Below, in pieces: positions 34,276 through 46,560 of a stretch of DNA of 64,000 nucleotides. The DNA is taken from positions 32,651,842 through 32,715,841 of the forward strand of contig CM102164.1 in the NCBI GenBank assembly GCA_046562895.1, read 5' to 3'. The DNA is from Trichechus inunguis. Taxonomy: Eukaryota. The notes below the pieces were generated by a model. The model did not search any database, had not been told where the DNA came from, and saw nothing but the letters and a program-made list of their open reading frames with translations. Each line of letters begins with the position of its first letter. Position 1 is the first letter of the stretch. A program made the position numbers and the translations under genes.

Positions 34276-35436
34276 CAGATAGTCCCTGATTTATGACATA
34301 TTTGAATTAAGATGAACTGCACCTGCAACCGTCTTTTTTTGTACATCTTATTGTTAGTAATATGTACTACATGCAGTGTTGCAGCATGTGATTTGCTGAT
34401 GTTATTTATTATCCTCGGATGTTCACTTGCAGATGTTCAATTTTATGATTTATGGTTCAAATCACTGCCGTATAGCTGGCTACAGCCTGGTCTGCAGTAA
34501 AATCAGTGTCAGTGTCAGGAGTCATAACAGACAGAAAATTGAACAATGTTCAACTCTAACAACATACAACAATTGAGCTGCACGTGCACCTGACAGCCGT
34601 TACAACTTCGACTTCATTATTATGACACTGACGCCGACTTCATTGTAGACCAGGTCTGTAGCGTGATCTTATTCAGCGTTTTGTACCATGAGAAGCATCA
34701 GAATAACATGACGGAAGAGATCAGTGGAAAAATCTTCCATATTGCAAGAATGCTGAATTCAGAACTTGGTATTGCCCATGTGGATCAGCTCATAGATCAC
34801 GAAGAAGGGGAATTGACAGACAGGAGTTAATGAACTTTGAAGACGAAGGAAAGAAGAAAGAAATAGTGTTGAAGAGGAAGGAGAGAAGTTGTCAAAAAAT
34901 TTTACGGTAAAAGGGTTAGCTGAAGGTTTTTCAAAACTAAATCGGGGGCTTTAGTTGCTTGAAAACACGGACCCAATCACTGATAGTTTTGCTAAAGTTG
35001 ATAGGCAGACTTGGGAAACAGATGTTACTGTGAAATATATGAAGAAAAAAAGAAAAGGACCATACAGATAACTCTAATTTTATGACTAGAAATGCCATCC
35101 TCATTTCCAGGGATAATCCAGATGATCCAGAACCTTCCAAAAGTGGAGTTATTACCAAAACTGACAAAATGCTAACATCATCTAACTCTTCTTCATCGTC
35201 AGAGTAACTTTTTATGATTTGTGTATTTTTTTATGTGTGTATTAAAATATATCTTTAAGTTAATTTGTAATGTTTCCAACCGTCAAAGATCGGATTTATA
35301 AAGATACTGATAATAAAAGGCAATAATAATGAAAACTAAAAACAAAACAAAAAAAAAGAGGTATTCAACTTACGTCAGAACCGACTTACAACGGAGTCCT
35401 CCAAATGGAACTCTGTTGTAAGTTAGGGACTAGCTG
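34276..35436. mobile_element. Tigger/pogo-like non-autonomous DNA transposon (~1.16 kb) with TA target-site duplication
   Basis: Terminal inverted repeats 'cagatagtccctgatttatgac…' and '…gtaagttagggactagctg'. TA at 34274-34275 and 35437-35438. No transposase ORF. Flanks are L1-x sequence. Confidence 0.7.
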
Positions 35437-38400
35437 TACTTTATTCTTTAGGTGCTATTGTCAATGATAGTGTTTCCTTAATATCCTTTTTCTTTTTTTT
35501 TTTTTTATTGTACTTCAGTTGAAGGCTTACAGAACAAATAGTTTCTCATGAAACAGTAGTATGTATATTGTTTTATGACTTTGGTTAACAACCCCATGAC
35601 ATGTCAACCCTCTCCCTTCTCGGCGTTTTTTTCTTTGGTGAAAGTATACATAGCCAAAGAGACACCATTTCAAAAATTTCTACGTGCACAGTTTAGTGAC
35701 ATTGACTACGCTCTTTCAATTGTACTGCTATTCTCACTTTAGATGAAGGCTTACAGAACAAAATAGTTTCTCATTGAACAGTTAGTACACATGTTGCCCT
35801 ATGACAATGGTTAACAACCTCACAACACATCAACACTATCCTCCCTCAACCTTGGGTTCCCTATCACCAGCTTTCCTGTCCGCTTCTGCCTTCTGGCCCT
35901 TGTCCCTGGACTGCTGCGCCTCATTAGTCCCATTTGGTTTTATGGGGCTGTCGACTCCCCAGCTGAACGGTGAACCTCAAAAATGACTTCATGACTAAGC
36001 TAAAAGGGTTTCTGGGGGCCATACTCTCGGGGTTTCTCCAGTCTCCTTTAGGTCAGTAAATCTGGTCTTTCTTTTTTGTGAGTTAGAATTTTGTTCTACA
36101 TCCTTCTCCAGCTCTGTCCAGAACCCTCTGTTGTGATCCCGGTCAGAGCAGTCAGTGGTGGTAGCCGGGCACCATCTAGCTGTACTGGACTCAGTCTGGT
36201 GGAGGCCTTGGTAGCTGTGCTCCATTAGTCCTTTGGACTAATCTTTTCCTTGTATCCTATTCTCTTCATTCTCCCTTCCTCCCAAAGGGATGAGACTAGT
36301 GGAGTATCTTAGATGGCTGCTTACAGGCTTTTAAGACCCCAGCTGCTACTCACCAAGGTAGAGTGTAGAACATTGTCTTTATAAACTGTGTTATGCCAAT
36401 TGAGCTAGATGTTCCCCGAGACCATGGTCCCCACAGGCCTCCACCCAGCAATTCAGTCCCTCAGGGAGTTTGGATGTGTCTATGGAGCTTCCATGACCTT
36501 TCCCTGTACAAATTGTGCTGGCTTCCCCAGTATTGTGTACTGTCTCACCCTTCACCAAAGATACCACTTGTCTATTGCCTATTTAGTATTCCCCCCCACC
36601 CCTCCCATCCCTTGTAACCAACAAAGATTGTTACATTTTGTGTGTGAACATTTTCATGGGTTTTTACAGTAAAGGTCTCATACAATAGTTGTCCTTTTGT
36701 GATTGACTTATTTCACTCAGCCTAATGTCCGCCAGTTTCATCCATGTTATGAGATGCTTCCCAGATTCATCATTGTTCTTTATCGTTGCATAGTACTCCA
36801 TTGTGTGTATGTACCATAGTTTGTTTATCCATTCATCTGTTGATGGGCATCTAGGTTGTTTCTATCGTTTTGCTATTGTGAACAGGGCTGCCATGGACAT
36901 TGGTGTGCATATGTCTATTTGAGTGATGACTCTTATTTCTCTAGGGTATATTCCTAGGAGAGGGATTGCTGGATTGTATGGTATTTCTATTTCTAGCTTT
37001 CTGAGGAAGCGCCATATCATTTTCCAAAATGGTTGTATCATTTTGCATTCCCACCAGCAGTGCATAAGAGTTCCGATCTCCCCACAGCCCTGCCAACATT
37101 TGTTATTTCCAGTGTTTTTGATTCGTGCCAGTAATGCCGGGGTGAGATGGTATCTCATTGTGGTTTTAATTTGCATTTCTCTAATGGCTAGTGAATGCGA
37201 GCATTTCCTCATGTGTCTGTTGGCCATTCGAATGTCTTCTTTGGTGAAGTGTGTGTTCATTTCCTTTGCCCATTTTTTAATAGGATTATTTGTCTTTTTG
37301 TGGTAGGGCTGTTGGATTTTCTTGTAGATTATGGAGATTAGACCTTTGTCTGACTAGTACTGTCCAAAAATCTTTTTCCCAGTCTGTAGGTTCTCTTTTG
37401 ACTCTTTTGGTGAAGTCTTTTGAAGAGCATAGGTGTTTGATTTTTAGAAGATCCCAGTTATCTAGCTTATCTTCTGGGGTTTGTATGTTGATGGTTATGG
37501 TTTGTATCCTGTTAATGCCGTGTATTAAGGCCTGTAGTGTTGGTCCTATTTTTCCTTCTATGAACTTATATTTTTAGGCTTTATATTCAGGTCTTTGATC
37601 CATTTTGAATTGGTTTTTGTATACAGCGTGAGGTGTGGGTCCCGTTTCATTTTTTTGCAGATGGATATCCAGTTTTGCCACCACCTCCTTAGTATCCTTT
37701 TTCACTTGCTCGTTGCTGATATATAGAAACGTGACTTATTTTTTTGTGTTGACCTTGTTCGTTGCTACTTTGCTGAATTCGTTTGCTAGTTCTAATAACT
37801 TTCTTGTGAACTCTTTGGAGTTTTTTGTATGTAGAATCATGTCTGTGAAAAGGGATAGTTTTACTTTATTCTTCCCAATTTGGATACTTTTTCTTTTTCC
37901 CCCTTGCTTAATTTCCCTGGCTAAGATCCCAGAACAAGGTTGAATAGCGGTGGTGAGTGTGAACATCCCTGTCTTGCTCTTGATCTTAATGAGAAAGCTC
38001 TCAGTTTTTCTCCATTGAATATGATGTTAGCTGTAGGTTTTCCATAAATGCCCTTTATTATACTGAGAATTTCCCTTCTATTTTTATTATGAAAGACTGT
38101 TTAACTTTGTCAAATGCCTTTTCTGCATTGATTGATGATCATGTGGTTCTTTCTTTTCCTTTGTTTTGTTAATGTGGTATATTACATCGATTGATTTTCT
38201 AATGTTGAACCACCCTTGCATTCCTGGAATAAATCTCACTTGATCATGTTGTACAATCCTTTTAATATGTTTTTGGATGCAGTTTGCTAGTATTTTGTTG
38301 AGTATTTTTGCATCTTTACTCATTAGGGATATTGGTCTGTAGTTTTCCTGTGGTGTCTTTTTTTGGCTTTGGTATCAGGGTAATTCTTGCCTCTTAGAAT

Positions 38401-40042
38401 GAGTGAGAAGGTGTTCCCTTCTCTTCCATTTTTTGGAAAAGTTTAAGTAGGATCAGAGTCACTTCTATAAATGTTTGGTAGAATTCCCCAGTGAAATCAT
38501 CTGGTCCAGTACTTGGTTTAGTTGGGAGATTTTTGATTACTGATTCAGTCTCTTCACTTTGTGTTGGTCTGTTGAGATCCACTATTTCTTCTTGAGTCAA
38601 TGTAGGAAGTTTATGTGTTTCAAAGAATTTGTCCATTTCCTCTAAGTTTTCTTATTTGTTGGCATATAGCTATTCATAGTATTCCCTTTTTATTTCTGTA
38701 GGGTCGCTTGTAATAGCCTCACTTTTGTTTCTAATTTTAGATATTTGCGTCTTCGTTTTTCGTTTGTCGGTCTAGCCAAGATTTGTCAATTTTATTGATC
38801 TTTAAAAAAAAACCCAACTTCTGGTTTTGTTATTTTCTCTACTGTTTTTCTATTCTCTGTTTCATCTATTTCTGTTCTGGTCTTTACTATTATTTTTTTT
38901 TCTGGTAGCTTTTGGCTTAGTTTGCTCTTCTATTTCTCATTCTTCAAGTTGTAGAGTTAGGTTGTTGATTTGGGATTTTTCTACCTTTTTAATGTAGGCG
39001 TTTATTGCTATAAATTTCCCTGAGTTCTGCCTTTGCTGCATCCTGTAGATTTTGGTATGTTGTGTTTTCATTCTTGTTCAACTCTAAATATTTTTTGGCT
39101 ACTCTTTTGATTTCTTCTTTGACCCATTGATTGTTTAGTACTGTGCTATTTAGTTTCCACATATTTGTATACTTACTAGCTTTATTTCTGTTATTAATTT
39201 CTAGTTTTATTTCATTGTGATTGGAAAAGATACTTTGTTTGATTTCAGTCTTTTAAAATTCATTGAGACTTGCTTTGTTTTCTAAGATATGGTCTATCCC
39301 GGAGAATGATCCATGTGTGTTGGGGAAGAATGTATATTGTGTGGGGTGGAGTGTTTTATATATGTGTTAGGTATAGTTGGTTAATAGTGTTTTTCAATTC
39401 TTCTAATTTCTTTATTGATCTTCTTTCTAGTTGTTCAATCCAATGTTGAAAGTCTCCAACTATTATTGTAGACCTATCTATTTCTCCATTCAGTTCTGTC
39501 AGTTTGCTTTATAAATTTTGGTGCTCTTAAGTTAGGTACATAAATATTTATTATTGTTTTATCTTCTTAATGAATTTACCCTTATATCATTATCAAATGT
39601 ACTTCTTTGTCTCTTATATTTTGACTTAAAGTATTTTGTCTGATATTAAAATTGCCACACCTACTCTCTTTTTATTACTATTGTGTGAAATGTTTTTTTT
39701 TCCATCCTTTCACTTTTAACCTACTTATGTATATGACTAAGGTAGACACATAGTCATGTAGACAGCATATAGATGAGTCATATTTTTTAAAAATTCATTC
39801 TGCCACTCTCTGCCTGTTGATTGGAACATTTAATCATCTTTGTTCATGGTAATTACCAATAAAGGAGGACTTCTGCCATTTTGTTACTTGTTGTTTGTCT
39901 TATATCTCCCTTGTCCCTCTTTTTCTCCAGTGCTGATATCTTTTCTGTATAGATTTTCTCTCTCTCTCCTTATTGTTGTGCTAAACGATTTGTTTCCCTT
40001 CTTTATTTTTGTATATAATTTTTTCTTTATACTATCTTTGTG

Positions 40043-40212
40043 GTTTTAAACCCTGATGGCATAGTGGTTAAGAGCTATGGCTGCTAACCAAAATGTCAGC
40101 AGTTCGAATCCACCAGGTACTCCTTGGAAACCCTATGGGGCAGTTCTCTTCTGTTCTGTAGGGTCACTATGAGTTGGAATTGACTCGACAGCAACGGGTT
40201 TTTTTTTTAATC
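40043..40212 (+). mobile_element. AfroSINE inserted into L1 no.3, 12 bp target-site duplication
   Basis: 'ccctgatggcatagtggttaagagctatggctgctaaccaaaatgtcagcagttcgaatccacc…gggtcactatgagttggaattgactcgacagcaacggg'. TSD 'atctttgtggtt' at 40031-40042 and 40213-40224. Confidence 0.85.
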
Positions 40213-40413
40213 TTTGTGGTTACCATGAGGATTAATTACATTTAACATCTTATTTTTCTAACATCCTGATTTATATTGATACTAAACTTAACTTCAGTAA
40301 CATACAAAAACTCTATTATGTATGCTAATTCTCCTGACCCCTGTTTATATTATTGTTATCACCAATTACATCTTTATACCTTGACTACCCTATAATTTAG
40401 GATTAAATTTATT

Positions 40414-40502
40414 ATATATATATATATATGAGTTGGAATTGACTTGACAGCAATGGGTTTTTTGTTGTTTTTTCTTTTGACACACACACACACACACACA
40501 TA
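40414..40502. repeat. (TA)n and (CA)n microsatellites flanking a 47 bp AfroSINE tail fragment
   Basis: 'tatatatatatatatat' + 'gagttggaattgacttgacagcaatgggtttttt' + 'cacacacacacacacacaca'. Confidence 0.8.
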
Positions 40503-42329
40503 TATGCAGTTTTTATTTTCAAGTTTTTTTCTATGCTTTTGTCATTGTAAAGCATGAGGGATAGATCATTTGTATTTGCCAACCAAAAGTACCTTAAATC
40601 TGATCTTTATGCTTATTAAGAAATTTCCTTGAATGAAAAATATTTTTTATCCCTGTGTGTACAACTTTAAGTTGCTATCTCGTGTCCTTACCTTTCCTTC
40701 TGGAGGACTTCCTTTAATATTTTTTGTAGGGCTGGCCTGCTGGTAACAAATTCCCTCAGTTTTTGTTTATCTGTGAATGCCTTAATTTCTCCCTCATTTT
40801 TTGAATGACAGATTTGTTAGGTATAGTATTGGCTGCAAGTTCTTTTCTTTCAACACTTTAAATATGTCATCCCATTGCCTTCTTACCTGCATAGTTTCTG
40901 AAGAGATACTGGTACTTAATCTTGTTGAGGACCCTTTGTATGTAATACTTCACTTTTGTTGTGCTGCTCTCAAAATTTTCTCTTTATCCTTGGTTTGATT
41001 ATTATGTGCCTCAGTATTGTTCTTTTTGGATTTATCTTACTTGGCATTCATTGAGTTTCTTGGATGTATAAGTTTCTGTCCTTTGTCATATTTGGGAAGT
41101 TTTTAGCTATTATTTCTTCAAAAATTCTTCCTGTCCCTTTATCACTCTCTCCTCCTTCTGGGATTTCCATAATGCATGTATTATTCAGCTTGATGATGTC
41201 CCACAGATCCCTTAGGCTTTGTTCATTTGTCTTCACTCTTTCTTCTTTTTGCCCCTCGGACTGAACAATCTCATTTGTCCTGTCTTTGCATTCACTGATT
41301 CTCTCTTCTGCCGGTTTAAATCTACTGTTGAACCCTTCCAGAGAATTGTTCATTTATGTTATTGAACTTTTCAGCTCCAGTATTTCTATTTTTTTTTAAA
41401 TTTCTCTTTATTGAAATTCTTATTTTATTCTTGTGTCGTTTTTCTGACTTCCTTTACTTCTTTTTCCATATTTTCCTTTAGCTCTTTGAGCGTGCTTAAA
41501 ACTGTTGCTTTGAAGTCTTTGGTGAGTTATTCTGTTATCTGTTCTTCCTCAGGGACAGTTTCTGTTCCCTTATTTTTGTCTTTTGCATGGGTCATTCTTT
41601 CCTGCCTCTTTATATGCTTTGTGTTTGTCTGTTGTAATTGGAACATTAGGCTATTTTACTGTGTTAACTCTGGAAATTAAAATTTCCCCCTTCTCTAGAG
41701 TTTACTCTTCTTACTCTTTATTGTTGTTGTTATTATTATCTTTTAAGTTTATTGAAGGTTGTAGTTCTCTGCTTCCACTCCAGACTCCCCATCTAGGTGC
41801 AGTTGCTGTTGTCCCTTCCCTATTGGTCTCACTGTCCCGTGACACCGGCTGTCACTGTTTCACCTCTAAGTTTCCTAAGGGGGTTGCTGGCTGAGCCACT
41901 TCAGCACCAAACTGTGTGGCTTGTAGCAGTTGGTGTGGTTGCTTCCCCACCAGTTATTAGGCACACTAATCGTATTACTTTGGTACCAGATGCCTTCTTC
42001 AGAGATACTGGCCATGCCCCTTCAGCACCTGCCCCCTCTTTAGAGATTACCAGCTGTCTTTGATTGCTCACCACAGACCTACTCACTGTGAGGCCTGGCC
42101 TTATGACTCTGGCACTAGGCCCCTCACTCAGTAGCTGCAGCTGTCACAGACACACCACAGACTCCTTTTCCAGAAGCATCATCTGTACTACACCAACCTC
42201 AGAGTCCCACCCTGGAAGCAGCAACTGTTGCCAATTCATCACATGTCCTCACTATTCATGAACTCCAGACTACACTGTGCTCAGCTTATTGTTTCATCCT
42301 GGGACTCATGGGAACTCCAGCCCATTCTC

Positions 42330-42830
42330 TGCTTGCTAAGTTGCTCTGCACCAGGTCTGTCTGCCCAGGTGTTCTGCCCCTCATTATGCCCCTCATTCTT
42401 CTCCATTGTGGGCCTGACTGCACATACACTGCAGCCTGCACTGCACCCATGCACTGCTCTTTCCTAGGATGCACGGGAATGCCCACTTGCATTGTGCTCA
42501 CCAAGCTGCTCTGCCTCAAGTCCAGCTGTTCATGTGTCTTGGCCTGTGCTTCACTGTCCATGTGTCTCTGTCCCAGGCCCAATTGTTCATGTACTGCAGT
42601 CTGCGCTGCATGCACCAGGTTTCTCTTTCCCAGGACTTACCAGAACTCTAGCCTGGGTTGTGCTCACCAAGCCATTCTTTCCCAGGTCCGACTGTTCAGG
42701 TATCTTGGCCTGCACTGTGCAAACCTGGCTTTTCTGTGCCAGGGCCAATTGTTCATGTACTGTGGCCTGCACTGTGCCCTGGGTCACTGCTGGGTGACTG
42801 CCAGGTGGTTTTCAGGCTTCTCTCTGCTGC
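42330..42830 (-). repeat. L1 no.3 5'UTR monomer array (~165 bp units, about 3 copies, internally sub-repetitive)
   Basis: 'tgctcaccaag(c/t)…ccaattgttcatgtactg…' recurs at ~42493 and ~42660, with a diverged copy at ~42330. This produces the overlapping spurious ORFs at 42228-43385. Confidence 0.6.
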
Positions 42831-43769
42831 ACTAGTAGGGGCTGGAGGCACCCTCTCTGGTCTGCCCAGGAAAGCCACCCTTGGTTTAGGAGCCACAAGC
42901 CATCAGACCCCTTCTTGTGCCTCAGAGATTCGTGTGCCCGCCGTTGGTGTGGCTCAGCTGCCAGGCAGCTGTTGGGTGGCTTCCGGCCCTCCCTCCACCA
43001 CACTAGGAGGAGTTGGGTGGAGGCCCCTCAAACTGTCTGCCCCAGAGATCTGCTTTTGGCCTTGGATCTGGAGGTGCCCGAGTTCTGTGCTCTCACTGGC
43101 AGTGTAGGTCGGCTGGATAGGGCTACCTACACTGTCCACACCAGAGATTTGCTCCTGGTTTCAGAGCCCAGGTTTAAGGGGTCCCTTATCATGCGCCAGG
43201 AGCCATGTGCCCAATGTGAGTTGGTTGTCAGGCTGCTACCTGGGCATCCCTCTCCTGTACCAGGAAATGGAAGGGCTGGGAAAGTGGAAGAGCTGCTTCC
43301 TTGTTTTTATTCAATTTTCAGTTCCTTGCTGTTTTTCATTGTCCATGGTTTCAGACTTCTTACAGGGCTTTGTACTAGATTCTAGTTGCTTTTATTGTTG
43401 TTCTTGTAGAGAGGGTCTGGATTTTATATCTGTTCATTACACCATCTTTCTGGAAACCCTGAGTTAATACTTTTAGTAGAAATGTTTTCTCTATACAAAT
43501 AAAAAGCTAGTAGAAGAGAAGAGTAGGAGTTAAGAAAAGGAAAGGTGAACCGACAGGGAGGCATGGAGGCTGAGTGGAAAGTGAATTCCAGGATAACCCA
43601 CAAAGCCCACTGCCTATTTCAGCAACAAACCCTCACAGCTTTGCAAAGATTTATTATAATACAAGCCAGGACTCAGGGATCCTTAACCCTCACTTCTTTT
43701 TTTTTTTTTTAAATAATATTTTATTGTGCTTTTGGTGAAGGTTTACACAGCAATTTAGGTTAACTCTGA

Positions 43770-44170
43770 CTTCTTGTTGTTGTTACTTGCCATCAAGTCA
43801 CCTCTGACTCATGATGACCCTATGTGCAATAGAACAAAATGTTGCCTTTTCCTGCGCAACCTTCATGATCATTGGTATGTTTGAGTCCGTTGTTTTGGCT
43901 ACAGTATTAATCCGTCTCACTGATGTCCTTCCTTGCCTTCATTGTCCCTCCACTTTACCCACCACCATGTTCTTTTCTAGTGATTGGTTTTTCCTGATGA
44001 CATGTCCAAAGAAAGTGAGTCGAAGTCTTACCATCCTCGCTTCTATGGAACTGTCTGGTTGTATTTCTTCTAAGACTGGTTTGTTAGTTTTTCTGGCAGT
44101 CTATGCTATATTCAATTTCTTCACCAACACCACGATTTGAATGCGTAACTCTGACTACATGTACTTAATG
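43770..44170 (-). mobile_element. 5'-truncated RTE/BovB LINE (3' end ~400 bp), older subfamily
   Basis: The reverse complement translates to the RTE ORF C-terminus '…RLRLTFFGHVIRKNQSLEKNMVVGKVEG…RRINTVAKTTDSNIPMIMKVAQEKATFCSIAHRVIMSQ' and ends in '(caa)n'. Confidence 0.75.
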
Positions 44171-44462
44171 CCACTGGAAGGACTCCAACTTACAGGGTAC
44201 GATTTGAAGGCAAAAGGCAAGCAGAAAAATAAAATGGGATGGAAAGAGAGGGAGGAAATTAGAGTCAAGTGTATGGAGGAGACAGAGGGAGGGGCCAGAA
44301 ACAGGAGAGACCTAGAGGAGAAGCTGTTTCTTGGCTGGGGTGACTCTTTCCTGGGCTATAATTATTTCTTCTCACACTTCTCTTCTTCTCCGTGTGTTGA
44401 TTTTAAACTCATTCACTCTTGATAACTTTTTGTTGATGTTTCTTTGTTTTTTGTTGCTCCAG

Positions 44463-44600
44463 TTGCTTTTGGAGGAGGTAATAAATTCAGATACTCTGAG
44501 CCAAGAGGTGAGTGATTTGGTGGAGATGATTTGGGCAGAAACTCTGGGCCACCTGGAGCACACGCTTCTCAAGCCAGTGAACAAAATTAGTCTTAATGAT
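44463..44600 (+). CDS. PARP4: PARP4 coding exon 7: LLLEEVINSDTLSQEVSDLVEMIWAETLGHLEHTLLKPVNKISLND
   Basis: Acceptor 'ttgctccag' ends at 44462, donor 'gtaagt' at 44601. Near-identical to human 'LLLEEVMNSSTLSQEVSDLVEMIWAEALGHLEHMLLKPVNRISLND'. Confidence 0.9.
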
Positions 44601-45339
44601 GTAAGTCAATGTGTCCTTGAAACATAACCTCTAACATGACAAACCTGCTTCCTGATTCATTAGCTTAAAAAATAACACTTATATTTTAGTACTAGTCAAA
44701 CTGAGTTGATTGTTGACTATTCTGTCCTTTTACCCTGGAGAAAAAGAGCATAGAGAGCACTAAGGGGAAAATAAGCTTTCAAGAAAACTAGACATTCCTG
44801 TCTGTAAAATGCTCAGATACAACAGCTGATCAATGGTAGCTTTTTACTGCTTGCAAATTATGAGGCTTGATCCTTTAGGTCAAGAGGTTAGTAATAGACC
44901 TGAATAGACCTGAGGGATATGCATGGTCTTGATAATTAGTTAATGTCCAAACGTTAGCCTTTTTCATAGCTAACTACTTTTAGAGTCTTGTAACTTCTGA
45001 CTGTCTCAGGGAAAGGCAGGTATGCTTCCAACCCAACAGAAAATGCTCTTGCCTTCTTAATTATGTCTAATTGCAATAGAAAGAACAAATGAAAGAAACT
45101 ATTCCCAATGGTACGTCTTGTGCAACTGCACTGTCATATTAAAATAACACAGACAGTTTTCCTCTGTGGAATTCAACTAATTTACTTCCTGGAGAAAAAT
45201 GTTTCCTGGATTAAAGCCCATAAAGTACATGTGTAATTAGAAACATATTCTTGAGGTTTTTGTTCCTAGCTGAGTCTGGCATCTTTCTAAATTTCTTATA
45301 AGAAAAGCAAGTCTGCTAGTGTTTCATTAGCATTCCTCT

Positions 45340-45650
45340 CTCTATATGTATCTCTCTCTATCAATCATCTATCTATCGCTCTATCATCTATCTATGTCTA
45401 TATATAGCTAGGAGCACTGGTGACGCAGTGGTTAAGAGCTATGGCTGCTAACCAAAGGGTTGACTGTTCGAATCCACCAGCTGCTCCTTGGAAACCCTAT
45501 GGGGCAGTTCTACTCTGTCCTATAGGGTTGCTATGAGTTTGAATCGACTTGACAGCAATGGATTTGGTTTGGTTCTATATGTAGCTGTATCTATTATCCA
45601 TAGATAGATATCTATCTATACCTTTATCTACGTCCATATATGTGTAGGTA
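45340..45650. repeat. (TCTA/TATC)n-type microsatellite interrupted by an AfroSINE (45411-45575, + strand)
   Basis: 'tctatatgtatctctctctatcaatcatctatctatcgctctatcatctatctatg…' before and '…ctatatgtagctgtatctattatccatagatagatatctatctatacc' after. SINE 'ggagcactggtgacgcagtggttaagagctatggctgctaaccaaagggttgactgttcgaatccacc…'. Confidence 0.8.
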
Positions 45651-45884
45651 CATAAGAATTTGGTTCTTTCCTGTAGTTAAGCAGAGCCCAGTTTTGGAAG
45701 AATCCTCATGGCATCGTCTTCACAATTGAGACACATCTATAGTAAAGATCAGCATTTGTTTTTGACAAATGTCCAATAGAAAATTGGTAGTTGTAACATG
45801 TCTAACAATTATTTTAGATATTTTTATACATGCTCCTTCACTTTTTCTCTGATTTGATTATTGTATATCATCTTGTATTTAAAG

Positions 45885-46058
45885 GTGAGCAAGGCAGAGG
45901 GCATTCTCCTTCTAGTAAAGGCAGCACTGGAAAATGGAGAAACGGCAGAACAATTGCAAAAGATGCTGACTGAATTCTACAGAGTAATACCTCACAAAGG
46001 TCCAACAACTGAAGAAGTTAACCTGAGACTATTATCTAAGAAAGAGGACCTCTGCCAG
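45885..46058 (+). CDS. PARP4: PARP4 coding exon 8 (PARP regulatory/helical domain): VSKAEGILLLVKAALENGETAEQLQKMLTEFYRVIPHKGPTTEEVNLRLLSKKEDLCQ
   Basis: Acceptor 'tatttaaag' ends at 45884, donor 'gtaaat' at 46059. Matches human 'VSKAEGILLLVKAALKNGETAEQLQKMMTEFYRLIPHKG…KADLCQ'. Confidence 0.9.
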
Positions 46059-46249
46059 GTAAATCCCTAAAATGTATAATTCAATTTAAGTTATTTTCAG
46101 GAGTCTTAATCTGATGAATAAGGTAACATTGAATCACAGAAGTTGTCTCTTGAGTTATGTGCAAAAACAGATTATCAAACCATTTTAGAATGCTTTGCGT
46201 CCTTGGAGAAGTTCTCTAAGCCGTGTTTCCAAACGTGAATATGTCAGCA

Positions 46250-46560
46250 TGTTGTTGTTAGATGTTGTCGAGTCAGTTCTGACTCATAGCGCCCCCGTGT
46301 ACAACAGAATGAAACACTGCCTGGTCCTGTGCCATCCTTATGCTTGAGTCCATTGTTGCAGCCACTGTGTCAGTCCATCTGGTTGAGGGGCTTCCTCTTT
46401 TTCAATGACCCTCTACTCCACCAAGCATGATGTCCTTCTCCAGGGACTGGTCTCTTCTGATAACATATGCAAAGTGTGTGAAACAAAGTCTCACCATCCT
46501 CGCTTCTAGGGAGCATTCTGGCTGTACTTCTTCCAAGAAAGATATGTCGGCATAGGAGTA
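46250..46560 (-). mobile_element. 5'-truncated RTE/BovB LINE 3' end (~310 bp)
   Basis: 'gttgttgttagatgttgtcgagtcagttctgactcatagcgcc…' is the reverse complement of an RTE tail and C-terminal coding region, homologous to 43770-44170. Confidence 0.7.

Larger units (their letters stand above)
35490..43460 (-). mobile_element. Old full-length-like L1 (L1 no.3, ~8 kb): 3'UTR 35490-36860, ORF2 36862-~40900, ORF1 ~41000-41400, repetitive 5'UTR to ~43460. Carries a later AfroSINE insertion
   Basis: Poly-T at 35500. Minus-strand ORFs 36862-37260 (ORF2 C-terminus), 37736-38636 (RT) and 41048-41353 (ORF1 '…NIMKDRNLYIQETQ'-like). Collinear with L1 no.1 throughout. Confidence 0.75.

Noticed and set aside
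42228-43385. Cluster of overlapping 60-175 aa ORFs in several frames on both strands
   Set aside because: They lie in the tandem-monomer 5'UTR of L1 no.3, which is low-complexity C/T-rich repeats. The ORFs overlap in multiple frames, resemble no protein family, and are typical repeat artefacts.
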